Shown here one piece after another: positions 25,701 to 36,313 of a DNA stretch of 64,000 nt. The position numbers were made by a program, and so were the translations under genes. The notes beneath the pieces are model-generated. The model made no database searches, was not told where the DNA came from, and saw only the letters and a list, made by a program, of their open reading frames with translations. The DNA lies in contig OX337238.1 of NCBI GenBank assembly GCA_946965045.2, positions 186,001 through 250,000 on the forward strand, given 5' to 3'. The stretch is from Epithemia pelagica. Taxonomy: Eukaryota; Protista; Bacillariophyta. Each line of letters starts with the position of its first letter. Position 1 is the first letter of the stretch.

Positions 25701-27978
25701 GATCGAAATGTGAATGACGAGACCCATGATAATCTGATGTATTAGATCCTCTCGATCCTGGATGATCATCATTGAATCGATTCTGTCCATGCTGACAATA
25801 CACTGGCCTGTCATGTTCAGGTTGCGAACCCCACTCATTTGTTCTGGGGCTTCGAGCTGTCGACAGGACGTTGTTCTGATTCCGTCCTCCCCATAGCCCA
25901 TATGGATTCTCTCTCTTGTCCTTGGTTCTTTCGTTATCATGTTGGGTTTGCTCTGTTCTATGTCTTTCTTCAGGCAGCTCACTCCGGTTACCCCAATTCG
26001 CAGGCATTGCAACGGAACGTGATGAGTTATTTCCTCCCCGTTGCTGGAATTTAGGCTTCTCACCATCTGGTGACTGATAGATTGCTTTGTGTTCAGAAGG
26101 ATGAGTATATGTTCTTTGAACAGAACGTGTCATAGGACAGAAGTACAATAGACTTTGAATATCCTGGCTGCACACCATACATGTGTTGTGGCCCCGCTGC
26201 ATCCAATCTCCAACACATTCCCGACAAAATGTATGTCTACAAAGAAACAGTTCGCAATCCACTTTTCTGGTCATACAAATCGAACAAACCTCGGGCTTGT
26301 ATTTTGTCTCACCTCCTCTTTGTTCTAGTGTTGACGGCTTGTTACTCACAGGTGATTTTTTTGATGATTCTTCAGGGCGTCCCTCAATCGTAGTTGTAGT
26401 GTCTTCGACTGTTTTCCTATGTCCCTCTTCAGGGAATCCCTCGCTCGTAGTTGTAGTTTCTTCCACTGTTTTCTTGTGTCCCTCTATCTTCTCCGCACCA
26501 AACATGTGGATGTTACTCTTGATCTTTTGTCCACACTGGGGACACCATACATTATGATACTTGAACCGTATTCGTAAGCAATTTCCGTGAACCAGATGTC
26601 CACATGGGATGAGGGTACAGACTTCGCTGTCTGTATCTGTTTTCAATGCCCTGTTACAGCATACACAAGAATCTGGACAATATACAACGGTCGGTAGCAA
26701 TCGATTTATATCTCTCTTGGAAAGTTTGGAGTCAAGTAACACCTCCTTGGGTTCTAATCCCACCTTCGGGCACGGTATGAACAATATGTCACCATCCGTA
26801 GTCCACGTCTCTGAACACCCACCATCAGATAGATCGACGTTCTCCGTGTATTCGTATTTATCGGTACCACGTGAAAACCCCACTTCAACAGGATCGTCGT
26901 CGCTGTTGCCATCGAAATTGTCAGGTCCCAACACCAAAGGAGAAATCGAATTGCCACCAACAGCATGCTCTAGTCCTCTCGAAAATTCATTATTGTACCG
27001 TATTTGATTACTCGAAAAACAATTGGATATCGTCATACTCATGTCTATCTGACCTTCTTTCCGACCCGGGTTTGGTCGACTACTCATTATGTTTCCAAGC
27101 ATTCTGATCACAATAGCTTGTGGCATTGGCTTTGGAGTATCCTTCTTAGGTTCTGGCATTTTCACAATGCGATATCGCCACTTGTTACATTCCTTGTTTG
27201 TATCATGTATTGTCTCATCTTCTTCCACTAATGATGGGTCATAACATAGACTGACAGGCGGGGCACCTTTTGACGTATTGACCAGGTCCCATTTCCGTAG
27301 TACATGACGCGTCGTTCCTTCCCAGTATTGGTCTGATCGATTATGTATTGGTTCGTAGATATGAAGTATCTTTTTGTCGATTTCGAAAGCCAATAAAGCT
27401 GGGTCGCTGACATCAGTTGCTGTTGTCAAGGCAATGATCGCCAATATCAGTGTGTTCGGATCCTGTTGTCTCCATGATGACATAGGAATTTTCTTAGGAA
27501 ATGGGTTCCTGTTTGCTTCATCAAATGTTACTTTGTCAACATATACTAGGTTCTGATGGTTGTGATGGACCATCAATTTCAAACAAGTATAGAAAGATTC
27601 AATCGGCATGCCCGTCCTTGAAGTGTTGTAGCAAAGATCTCTCCGACAATGTCTATGTGGGATATGCAAAACACGCGTTGTAGGGTCCTGGTCATTCATC
27701 AACCCACTGTAAGACATGCATAGTGTGCACCTAAATAATGTCTTGATTTTGACATGCGTGTTGTCCTTCCCCATACTCTTAGCATACTGGGTTGCTAGCT
27801 TCATGGCCGACTTGATGTTCTCGTTGTTTCTGTTAGTTTGTTTTTCCGCGAACTTGTCTAAGTAACCGTCACCAATGTTGTCGATGGATTCATTCGAGTC
27901 CCATGAGTCTTTTCTTCTCTTCTGGTTTACTATAGGATCAAGAACGTGTGGAATTTCAATGAAAGGCGGTGGTACCAC
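22753..27978 (-). CDS. Multidomain protein: RING-H2 + RING-HC + C-terminal TET/JBP-like 2OG-Fe(II) dioxygenase fold
   Basis: 1741-aa ORF. RING-H2 CVCC...CGHLVHGNC...CPQC (~26540-26668). RING-HC CSIC...CRHTFCREC...CMVC (~26170-26290). C-terminal NASHYDIHD (HxD, ~23113-23121), WYFVLPN, GLCIRLFHGIAIAWDGRIIRHGTS (distal His ~22933). The true start is uncertain because the ORF begins at GTG. Confidence 0.72.
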   Translation of the reverse strand: MVPPPFIEIPHVLDPIVNQKRRKDSWDSNESIDNIGDGYLDKFAEKQTNRNNENIKSAMKLATQYAKSMGKDNTHVKIKTLFRCTLCMSYSGLMNDQDPTTRVLHIPHRHCRRDLCYNTSRTGMPIESFYTCLKLMVHHNHQNLVYVDKVTFDEANRNPFPKKIPMSSWRQQDPNTLILAIIALTTATDVSDPALLAFEIDKKILHIYEPIHNRSDQYWEGTTRHVLRKWDLVNTSKGAPPVSLCYDPSLVEEDETIHDTNKECNKWRYRIVKMPEPKKDTPKPMPQAIVIRMLGNIMSSRPNPGRKEGQIDMSMTISNCFSSNQIRYNNEFSRGLEHAVGGNSISPLVLGPDNFDGNSDDDPVEVGFSRGTDKYEYTENVDLSDGGCSETWTTDGDILFIPCPKVGLEPKEVLLDSKLSKRDINRLLPTVVYCPDSCVCCNRALKTDTDSEVCTLIPCGHLVHGNCLRIRFKYHNVWCPQCGQKIKSNIHMFGAEKIEGHKKTVEETTTTSEGFPEEGHRKTVEDTTTTIEGRPEESSKKSPVSNKPSTLEQRGGETKYKPEVCSICMTRKVDCELFLCRHTFCRECVGDWMQRGHNTCMVCSQDIQSLLYFCPMTRSVQRTYTHPSEHKAIYQSPDGEKPKFQQRGGNNSSRSVAMPANWGNRSELPEERHRTEQTQHDNERTKDKRENPYGLWGGRNQNNVLSTARSPRTNEWGSQPEHDRPVYCQHGQNRFNDDHPGSRGSNTSDYHGSRHSHFDQDNQQTRRGVIERQDQPGYHDNHQDESRGRRDQIMENTYRDRKRRHDNQNQLSNRHSMDWRRFSGYNEHSREHTRHHSVYRDSHNQWSNRHPMDWERFPGYNEHSRHHLSLRDSHPGHNDHSRRTRQREPNRPSTDRGNSQPNQSPRREGEKDIHHITASRGGQDGLSKLGWNSKDNQERDDRNRQSGQKATSSHQDECGQGEEIQSRDGNGSTDKQKGKECDGSKNANNAPDSDNPSSCHNDSVNQDDATQTKEGKDSTDKQKGSKKNNDDQMTKNDHNKGSSINTTAQTDQRIEDERGTKEIHESPIHDNHDDTDEQNTSPERKSKGCKTIGSSRGLPTNKQRRQEGLSKLTLTHETMKKYMRRQAEKPSHLTTKFSKPNESDHTEMCFFGIPDMDKVAKKLRDLLSLCLSSNDDRRVFGICYTKVLKDYNITPTDLQTIMGKLPNMYEQMKDMVGEVTEDPASHCCFEDNKLHVTECDPKFLTTRSPCAFLVECVLNRCQQHKGHRKHPKTVWSAFDDTISHCRTSKKNCDDCMDHIFHDVIVIIPLAGIFYTSAMIMNTGYATSECTSSLVALPISWLRLRHSDGQPSGGAFLKKVVKCWCIDWTQSAKRVVHECYQASDVESGSPLWAPDHYTSEKSRPKMTPNDQHSLRVWYRETLLNKASANKTGCRKYVHGALYRNLSPPPDTSVRPLLFDVRETGEDTTFIVRTRGYAGKNETISHVKVTTLQQNDKNLLSLLHKRSCHFAQSGTLERSANARCNHGDMGTMTSVGVCTKTGGRSTFFSDKLFKISPNMMNILPKICGGVRRFCERKFPGVLSAFRHLETNFGLDVPNELGGNERGVSSSIILSCDLMNASHYDIHDASVSFTIWTETNPGSTNDWYFVLPNVLIKHKDKTYHGLCIRLFHGIAIAWDGRIIRHGTSVHTHSIPPKDKNVGNHTIGWFFSTNARSLSATVTQNEDDNSHEIGGLASGQKSSDE

Positions 27979-28060
27979 ACCATCACCTGTCTCCTCATTT
28001 CCCTTGTTTATGGAAGCACAACGTCTCTAAGACAAAGAGATCAATCATTTTTGAGATTGT

Positions 28061-29227
28061 CTAATCCTTCTCGATTCTTGGCAAGTCGCTCGAACATCTT
28101 ACCTCGTTGTCTGCGGTTTTTTCATTGTCGTCGCTTATAATCTTCCTGACCTCTTCCACACGGTCTGATTTGAGGGCGACTTGGTTCGACGTTGTAATGG
28201 AAGTTGGTAGTACTTGTTCCTTTCTCTCGTCAGTAGGATCATTACCAGCCACGACCTTCTGTCTCTTTTTTGCCGGCGAGTCTGTACTCCGACGTTGCAC
28301 GGCAATTTCTTTCGATTTCCTGGCAGACAGTAACTCTTGTTTTTCTATATAAACCAGTAGATCGTAGAACATACCGCCATCGTCTCCGTTTCTTCCATAT
28401 TGTACCAAAGAATCTCTTTCTTCAAGGTACATCTTGAACCATGTGTCAGGCATCGTATACAACAGTGCTTTCTCCATTTGGATATTGGAAATCACGTCCA
28501 TGTTCTCGTCCGATGTCGATTCTGAGATGAAACGGTGTATGGCCACCATATGTTCGATAACCCATGCGATTTTACCAACAGGTACGAGACGCGGTTTCCT
28601 GTAAAGGGAGGAATCATCTAGAAGGTATCGTTTCAATGCTTCTCCAATCCCACCGATCCCCTTGCGTGTCTTCTTAGAGACTAAGCCATGAGAGGAAAGA
28701 AATCTGATAATGGTTTGTCTCAGATTCTCAGCACTGTCTATCACTGTCGTCCCAAATGCCTGATTCCAAATATTGGAAACAGGACTGTAGAGAGTCTTTT
28801 TGAACAACAGTCGAGCAACCATTGGAGTCAACTTGTCATCATCATCCATCTCGTTCTTAATTCTTGTGAAACAGAAAACGGAGTGACAGATGATATCTTG
28901 GAATGCAGGCGAATAACAGATTGGTAGGAATATCTTCACATAATGGCCGTCATGTGGTACCTCCACTGTTGTCCATTTTCCTGATTTGTCTTGGAAAACA
29001 CTTTCATACCAATTGAGGACACTTTCGTATGTAATGGGCATAATACCGGTGTAGTGAGATTCCTCGCTTGTGTGTGTTCGAAGTGTATGATTGGTACCAG
29101 AAACAGTCATAGTCGACACGTCCTTTCTTTTGTTTCGCACTTCATCATTCATTGAAGAAGGGTCACCAGGATTCTTGGCGGTCGGTGGCTTTTTGTAGCG
29201 AGGGCCCTTGATGCGGTTGCCCGCCAT
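28061..29227 (-). CDS. Hypothetical protein (388 aa) inside element 1
   Basis: Long ATG-initiated ORF with globular-looking composition; no recognised motif. Confidence 0.6.
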   Translation of the reverse strand: MAGNRIKGPRYKKPPTAKNPGDPSSMNDEVRNKRKDVSTMTVSGTNHTLRTHTSEESHYTGIMPITYESVLNWYESVFQDKSGKWTTVEVPHDGHYVKIFLPICYSPAFQDIICHSVFCFTRIKNEMDDDDKLTPMVARLLFKKTLYSPVSNIWNQAFGTTVIDSAENLRQTIIRFLSSHGLVSKKTRKGIGGIGEALKRYLLDDSSLYRKPRLVPVGKIAWVIEHMVAIHRFISESTSDENMDVISNIQMEKALLYTMPDTWFKMYLEERDSLVQYGRNGDDGGMFYDLLVYIEKQELLSARKSKEIAVQRRSTDSPAKKRQKVVAGNDPTDERKEQVLPTSITTSNQVALKSDRVEEVRKIISDDNEKTADNEVRCSSDLPRIEKD

Positions 29228-29676
29228 TTTGTACTTGTCACGATGCGCTTTTTGTGTAGCGTCTTTGTTTCAACAACAACAACAACAAGGGTAGTCGAGG
29301 AAGCGCTTTAATTGTAGCGTCTTTGAGACAACCTTGTGTACTTGTCTAAACAGTAAAAAGTGTGCGCTGAATTGTGTAGCGTCTTTGGTTTGGTCCTGAA
29401 CTCTGGTGGTAACAAAACAACAACCAAATCGAAGGAATACACTACGACGCGCTTTATATGTAGCGTCTTGTTCGTTGTGATCCAACAATCGGTGCCAGAA
29501 TTTGCTACTCCAAAACCAGGGGTTGGTTGGTTGTCCAAGCAATCTCGCGACAAGAATAGAACAGAAGCAACTGGCTACCACCGTGTCACACTGCTTGCTT
29601 TGGGTCTGTTCTATTCAAGTCGGAGTATCACGAGGACAGGAGGGTTCTTGATAAACAATCTAACAGATAGCCCGAA

Positions 29677-30560
29677 ACCGCTTTAATTGTAATAGCGTGA
29701 TTGGAATGAAGGACAGAGCTGAGTGAAACAAGCAACAATCAGACAGATGCCCCAAGCCGCTTTAATTGTAGCGTGGTGATTGGAATGGCAGAGCTGCAAG
29801 ATAGTGCAAGTGTCAAAGATAGGACAAATGTCGACAATATTTCGAATGCTCTGGTGGTCGTTCTTCTTCTTGGGTTCCTCTTCTTCTTGTTTTCCTGTTG
29901 TAGCGGTTTTGGAGTGAAGGTCGTGGTTGAAAGGAAGCAAGCAACAATCAGACAGATGCCCCAAGCCGCTTTAGTTGTAGCGTGATTGGAATGGCAGAGC
30001 TGCAAGATAGTGCAAGTGTCAATGTCTCGAATGCTCTGGCCGTGCTTGAGTTCCTCTTCCTCTTCTTCTGGTGCAGCGGTTTTGGAGTGAAGTGTTGTAG
30101 CGGTTTTGGAGTGAAGTTTGTGGTTGAAAGGAAGCAAGCAACAATCAGACAGATGCCCCAAGCCGCTTTAGTTGTAGCGTGATTGGAATGGCAGAGCTGC
30201 AAGATAGTGCAAGTGTCAATGTCTCGAATGCTCTGGCCGTGCTTGAGTTCCTCTTCCTCTTCTTCTGGTGCAGTGGTTTTGGAGTGAAGGTGGCTGAAGA
30301 GGAAGCAAGCAACAAAAAGGTGGCTGAAAAGGAATCAAGCAACAATCAGACAGATGCCCCAAGCCGCTTTAATTGTAGCGTGATTGGAATGGCAGAGCTG
30401 TTAGGTTGGTGAAAGAAGTTGGATAGGTGAAAGGATTGAAAAGGGAATCTCGGCAGAGAGAAAGCAAGCAACAAAAAGGTGGCTGAAAAGGAACCAAGAA
30501 ACAATCAGACAGATGCCCCAAGCCGCTTTAATTGTAGCGTGATTGGAATGGCAGAGCTGT
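29677..30560 (+). repeat. Subterminal tandem array, ~160-210 bp unit
   Basis: The core CAATCAGACAGATGCCCCAAGCCGCTTTA(A/G)TTGTAGCGTG occurs at ~29736, 29945, 30142, 30343 and 30502, with a partial copy at ~29678. Confidence 0.9.
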
Positions 30561-32439
30561 TAGGTTGATGAAAGAAGCTGGATAGATAATGGGATTGAAC
30601 AGGGGAATCTCGATAGCGTTGGGTGATCGATTGCTGTTGTTGCTGCTGCTGCTGTTGTTGTTTGTTGTGGTGTGTTGGGTGGAGGTGGAGGGAGATGAAT
30701 GAGCATCGATTCTGGTGGTCGTTGATTGTTGAATGACTAGTATGCTAAGTTGTTCGGTTTTGTTCGATGGATCAGAGTGTCGAGTTGGTAATCCCCGCGG
30801 TTAGGGTGATTGGGAAGGAGGATCCATCTGAGACATTCTTTGGGACATCCATGTGCGTCAGTCTTTCTGGCAGCTGCTGTGTGATGTGGTGGGAGTGGAA
30901 ATTCGTGATTCAAAGGTGAGGGGACAGACGCTTGCGCATGAGGGTTGCGTCATGCGCGTCTCGGGGGGGTCGAGCGCGCCAGATAGTTGTAGTGCGCATT
31001 ATCGGAGTGTGGCGCGCGTTATTCGTGGTTTGATCGCGGGCTTGTGCGCATTAAAATTGTTGCATGCGCGTGATAGTCAGCTCGATCTCTAGAACTAGCT
31101 AGAGAAATGTGCATTGTTAGACCTAGATTTGCAGATTTAGTTGGGAAAGCAGGATTATAGTTAAAAACTGCGCATATAAAAATAAACTGCGCATAAAAAA
31201 TTTTAATTCGGCGAATTTTTTCTAGAAATTCGCTTTTGGGGGTGGAAATCAAGCGCCAGGGCCCATTTCCCTCCTTAGATGTAGTGCCATCACCGTGAGT
31301 GTTTGCAGTTTTAACACAGAGGCACGCATCCGATCAACCTGTCCGGTCACTTTTTCCTCTGCACACAATTTGGGGATTTTTATTCAATCATCGAGTAGCA
31401 TGAGTATTGTCAGTGAGGAATCCTTGTTCTTGGAAAACGACCTCCACGGGAGGAGTGGAGGGAAGATTCCAGTGATCCTACCTATCATACAGGCGACGAT
31501 GAATACGAGAAAGGCCAGGAATCGCACAATGAGGTTCAGCAAGTTCGACAAATGACCAAACGTGAAACGAGACGAATTCGCATTTGGCGATTGGTGTTGG
31601 GAACTGTCATTTTAGGAGCAGGGGCGTTGGTCTCATGGTTCACCTATCAGTATCTGGACGATCAACTCAAGGACGAGGCTATTGATAAGGTACGATCGAA
31701 AAGAAGATAATTGTTGCCTAGCTTTGAGAGTGGGATTCGTCTTGCCATGACTTTTACTCGCTATTTTGACAAACTTGAATGACCGCTTGATTCTCAAAAG
31801 TCCTTTTTCTCTCTTTGTCTCTGACATCCTCTTTCTCTCTCTTTTGAATTCTATGTTTAGTTCAATGTCTTTTCTCTCACCATTGCGCAAGTCTCTAAGA
31901 TGCATTTTGGCAACATGTTTGAAGCTTGTCGGTCTTTATCGTTTTCCATTACGGCCCAGGCTTATGCACAAAACTCTACGTTTCCCTTTGTGACCGTAGA
32001 AAATTGGGAAGTCCAAGCTCGTGAGGCTAGGTTACGGGGCAACGTGGAAGTCTTGACTTATAATCCCTTGTTGTCGGATACGCCCACGATCATGGCATTC
32101 AATGCCTATGCAAGACAGAACTCCGATTGGCAACAGGAAAGCATCGAAGAATATAAAAAATTGACTCCGGCCATCCGCAATGTTACATTTCCAGTCAGTA
32201 CCGATGCCTTTGTCTATACACTGGTCGATCCCTCCAAACCCTGGATCAAAATTCCTTCCATGGGCAACCCAGCTGCCCTTCCTGTGTGGATGCAATCACC
32301 ACCACCTCAACGAGTATCGTGGATGATGGCCGACTTGTATTATCTCTTTGGCAGGTATGCCGATACCATGATGTTGGTGGGAGGTACGTTTTTAGTTTTT
32401 TTTACTATAACGGTGTGTTATTAGACTACGGGTTACGCC

Positions 32440-35400
32440 TCAGCGGTAGGCATGCAGAGGAGCGGTGGTACGGCGGTATCCGGGAAGAATTCCGAGAGGG
32501 ACCGGGGGGGAGTAGATTGGTGTCACTGGAGCATAATTTGTAGTTGCCAGGTTGGTCATTTGAGTGGCCCGGGATCGTCGTTGTGTAGCCGAATCCCGGA
32601 TGGCACTGATTTGGGTGTTAGCATGGATGGCGAGGGCGGAAATGATGGCATGAGAGAGCGAAGCCTTGGCGTAATGGGAGAGGGAGAAGATGTTGGCGTC
32701 ATGGTCGCGGAATTTGGTGGCGGTGTTTGCTCGGTCGAAAATGTGGTGCGGTGCGCGGTCGAGTTGTTGGTACAAGGCGTATGCCGCCAGGTGTTGGATG
32801 CTTCGTGCCGGCGCCTTTCCGAAGTGAGGGTTTGGCCAGGATGGTGGAACGGCCGTGGAGAAAGGGTGTGGGTGTTTGTCGGGGTGGAAGAGGAGTGTCT
32901 GGGCGAACGAACCCAGCGATCCCAAGTGATCGACGGTGAAGGGTACGAGGTAAACTCCGTTGCGGAGTAAATGTTGGGCGGTGCCGGGATCGCGACAAAA
33001 TTTCGCTCTTGCGGATTCTTGATGCGTCCTGGATGCAGCGGCGGCGATGGAGAGAGGGTCGGACGGGTCAAGGGCAAGGTCGGCTTTCTGTGGTGGCGGG
33101 ACGGTTATGTCGATTGCGGCATACGAAAAAGGCTCGTTGGGGTGAGGTTGAGCAAGTCGGAGGCCCACGTCGGCGGGGCGGATGTTGCGGTTGTGGTCGG
33201 GTGTCAAACCAGGCGGTTCAACGTGGACATCGTGCGGACCGTCGACGACTTTGGCGGGCGGTGCCGTGTGTCGCAGCACGTCGTAAAGTGTGTCGCGAAT
33301 GGCATTGGAGAGGGCAGTTTTCGACGCGGCCGCACAATTGAACAAGTGGTCCCCTTCCGGGTCAAGGAGTCGCCGGGCAGGGCATCGGCATTTGGAGTCG
33401 GTAGTTGTGGTGGTGGCAACAAACAAGGGAATGCGGAGTTTCCGACGAATTGCCCTGCGGAAGACAGGGTTGGCCAAGCGGAACCGGACCGAGGGTCTTG
33501 GCATGTGGATTGCCATACTCGTCATCGGGGACAACAGGGCCGGTAAGTGGATGCGGTGTGCCGCCGGTGTGATTTCAAACAGGTTGGGAATGACGTGTGT
33601 TGTCAGTATGTGGTGTGTCTGACAACGGTGTGTTGTGTGGTCGAATCGTTGTGGGGTGACGATGGCCGCGTCGGCGTACTCCTTGGTCAGGAGTGCGAGG
33701 CCACGTCGAAACTGTGTCAGCCGTGAGTTCTCACTCTGTTCCCAGTTGTGGAATTGGCGACGGTGGGAAGGTGGGATCGGGGTGTCTTTGGATTGGGCCA
33801 ACCGGATTGCCCGAGTGGTTTGTGTCAGGAGGCACGGGAACGCTAAAGCTGCGGCGTGGTGGTAACCGAGGCCACCCAGACGTTGAGGGAGGGAGGCTAG
33901 GAGTGGTGCCATGGGTGGGATGGCGGATCTGGGCGTGGAAGTCAGTTGGGCGAGGAACGTAGCAATCAACCCGTCGACTGCCTCTGTGGTGGGGCTGGTC
34001 CATAGGCTGGTCCGTTGGTTGGGTTGTGGGTGGGCCTGTGCGATGTCGGTAGGAAGAAGGTGGAGCAACGCGGGGACTGCGGAGTATTTAAACAAGATAC
34101 TCCGTGTCTGCAGGTCGTCCAAGTGTCGCAGGGTTGCGGTGTCTTTGGTGATTTTTTCAATGCGCTTCTGGATGAAGGATCTAGCAAAGGGTTGGGAGCC
34201 GATCGGTTGGCCGAGAAAGCGGGCTCCCGTGGTGATTTCGGCGTCGTCAGGGTTGTTGGGGGAGAGGCGAGCCAGGGCGGCTTGCAAGCGTGCTTTGTTG
34301 TGGGCGGAAAGAGTGTTGCGGGGGGAGGCGCCGTTCGTCGCAGTGAGAATTTTTGTTTTGTTGCAGTTGAGGTAAATTCCGAGCGGCTTTCCAAGTTCGG
34401 AAAACCGTTGGATGAACCATTCCAGGTCGTTGTGTGGGAGGCACACAGAGGTGTCGTCCATGATAGACGCCGTGTGTGCCAGCCCTCCGTGGTTGTCGTC
34501 GGATGCCGCGCCGTTTTGTTGTCGTTTGTGTGCTCGTTGGGCTTGTTCCCGGTTGAGTCTGGTCGTGAGGCTGAGTAGGACCAAGCAGGCGAAAAGGGGA
34601 CTCAGAGGGCAGCCCTGTGGGCAACCTTCCTCCTGGTCGATCGTTTTGGGTTCTCGGTTGTCATCAAAGTACCATGATTTTGTTGTCTTTCTGGTGAGCA
34701 GGTCATACAGTGGAATGAGCGACGCGGTTGCCTCATTGTCCGCCAGTATGGTTCGCGCTGCTGTCCTGGAGGTGTTATTGAACATGTTGTGTAGATCCAA
34801 CATGATGAGACCGCGGCTTGGTGGTGTTGGTTCTGGGTTGTTGGATTGTTGGTCTGGCCGGTGGATGTATGTTTCCACGTCGGCCGCTGTGGTCTGGGCG
34901 ACGAAGTCCACCCCTCCTGAAACCTGGATGCCATACTGGCCACCTTTCAGGAGGATGGGGGTGATTGCTTTGGCGGTATGGACGAGCGCTGCTTTCGCCG
35001 CGACTCGGCGCCATGCTGTTCCGATGCCGATTGGGCGGAGTCGTTTCAAGTGGGAAGGGTCCTTGTGGAGGGCCAGAAAGTAATTACTGGCGAGCATTTC
35101 TTGCACGGCTGGTGGGACCTGGCCTGTGACGATTTGTTGAAGGACCAGTTTAATGGTGTTGAAGTACGGTCTGGTGGCGTCGCTTGCCGCTGTCGTGCAG
35201 TGTAGTGCCATTGCTATGAGGGCGTCGATGCACGTGGCAAACGGCCCTGAGGCCGTCCCTCGTTTCATCTGGTGCAGTGCTGCTTCCAGTAAGGTGTCTT
35301 CCAGTTCGATGGTGGGTGTGGCCGTTGGAGGTGCTTGGGTGGCCCGTTGGTGGCGTGTGCCTGTTGGTGGGTCCCGTCTTGGCGGGAACAGTGTGTTTTT

Positions 35401-36313
35401 GATTGCGTCGATTCGGTCCGGGGTCAACGTGGCGGTGGGCATGTGCGATGTAAGTCGCTTGTAGGCGAGGGCGTAATTTCCGAGGTTAGCAGCTTGCTGT
35501 GCTGCTCGGATGATTGTTGGTGGGGGGTCGGTTGTTTCCTGTATTCCCCATTGTTGCCGTTTTCGTTCTTGTTGTTGTTTTTTCTTGGTTTGCTTCTGGC
35601 TCTTCACTGGGAGTGGCTGTGGGTTCCAGACTGTGTCGTACAGTTCTTTGATGCGGCCTGTTTTGAACAGTGCTAGCCGTGTTTTGAGGGCGTCGGAGTA
35701 CGATCGGTGTACCGTGTTCTTGATGGGGGGCGAGAAGGAGGGGCTCGGCCAGAAGCAGGAGCTTCCAGAAGCCCCTCGGGTCGATGTTCCACTGTGGGGG
35801 GTTGTCGTCTTTGAGGATGGAAGTGTGTAGCTCTGGTGTGGCTTCTAGGGTCCAATTCGCGATTGTGTGTACCGTGTGGAAGTATTCTTTTCGTGCCGGT
35901 GCTTTTAGTTGGTGCCATGTTGTTCGTCGAAAAGGTGGTGGGGTTGGGGCAAGAGTGTGCAGGAATTCAAAACTCCGTTTCCAGTTTGTTTGTGTGTCCG
36001 TTGAGGCGTGACGGTAGGTGTTAAACACTAGTTGAAGGTTTGTGTTCTTTCTACTATGTTTTGTTGTTATGTGTTTCTGGAGGTGTCCTTGGGATGTGTA
36101 GATGGTGTCTGTGGTGTCGCACTTGGTGCATAGGTGGTATCCGTGCTTGGCTCGGTATGATGGTGGCATGTAGTCGGTTGGTTTGGATTCTTTGTGGGTT
36201 GCAATGATGTGTTCCTTGAGGGACGCATGTGGTCGGGTTGTCAGGGCCGGCACTGTCCATGTGCAGTTTGGTACAGGACAGCGTCGTGGTGGTTGTGCTC
36301 TTTGGGCACTCAT
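32440..36313 (-). CDS. Retrotransposon ORF2: zinc fingers + reverse transcriptase + CCHC + restriction-like endonuclease; one frameshift
   Basis: N-terminal CPVPNC..H...H and CTKC..H...H fingers. RT motifs LRPIGIG, QYGI, LDLHNMFN, GCPQGCPLSPL, SIMDD, LGIYLN..KT, FLGQPIG. C-terminal CRC...DHLFNC, RPAD, AIDITV, PFTVDHLG. The 36313 and 35607 frames join if the G6 run at 35725-35730 is G5 (...LLAP|IKNTVHRSY...). Confidence 0.85.

Larger units (their letters stand above)
13272..31286. mobile_element. ~18-kb CACTA/Plavaka-type DNA transposon with multiple cargo genes (element 1)
   Basis: The right end reads CACTACATCTAAGGAGGGAAA on the minus strand (31286). The left end is AAATACATCTAAGGAAGGAAC (13272): 17/21 match with a damaged terminus and no clean TSD. 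GCGC(A/G)-rich subterminal motifs occur at both ends (13340-13640; 30930-31200). It contains a Plavaka-type transposase. Confidence 0.75.

Noticed and set aside
29677-30560. Possible CRISPR array
   Set aside because: Units are long and the inter-core sequences are related to each other rather than unique spacers. There are no cas genes and the context is eukaryotic.
9552-31310. CACTGCAAAC at 9552 pairing with GTTTGCAGTT at ~31300 as a larger element
   Set aside because: Only a 9-bp match with the wrong terminal base and no TSD. The 13272/31286 pair is much better supported.
32440-35607. RT as a group II intron, retron, DGR or Ambal element
   Set aside because: It has N-terminal zinc fingers, a C-terminal CCHC plus restriction-like endonuclease and a 3' A-tract, with no APE domain. 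This fits a CRE-like non-LTR element.
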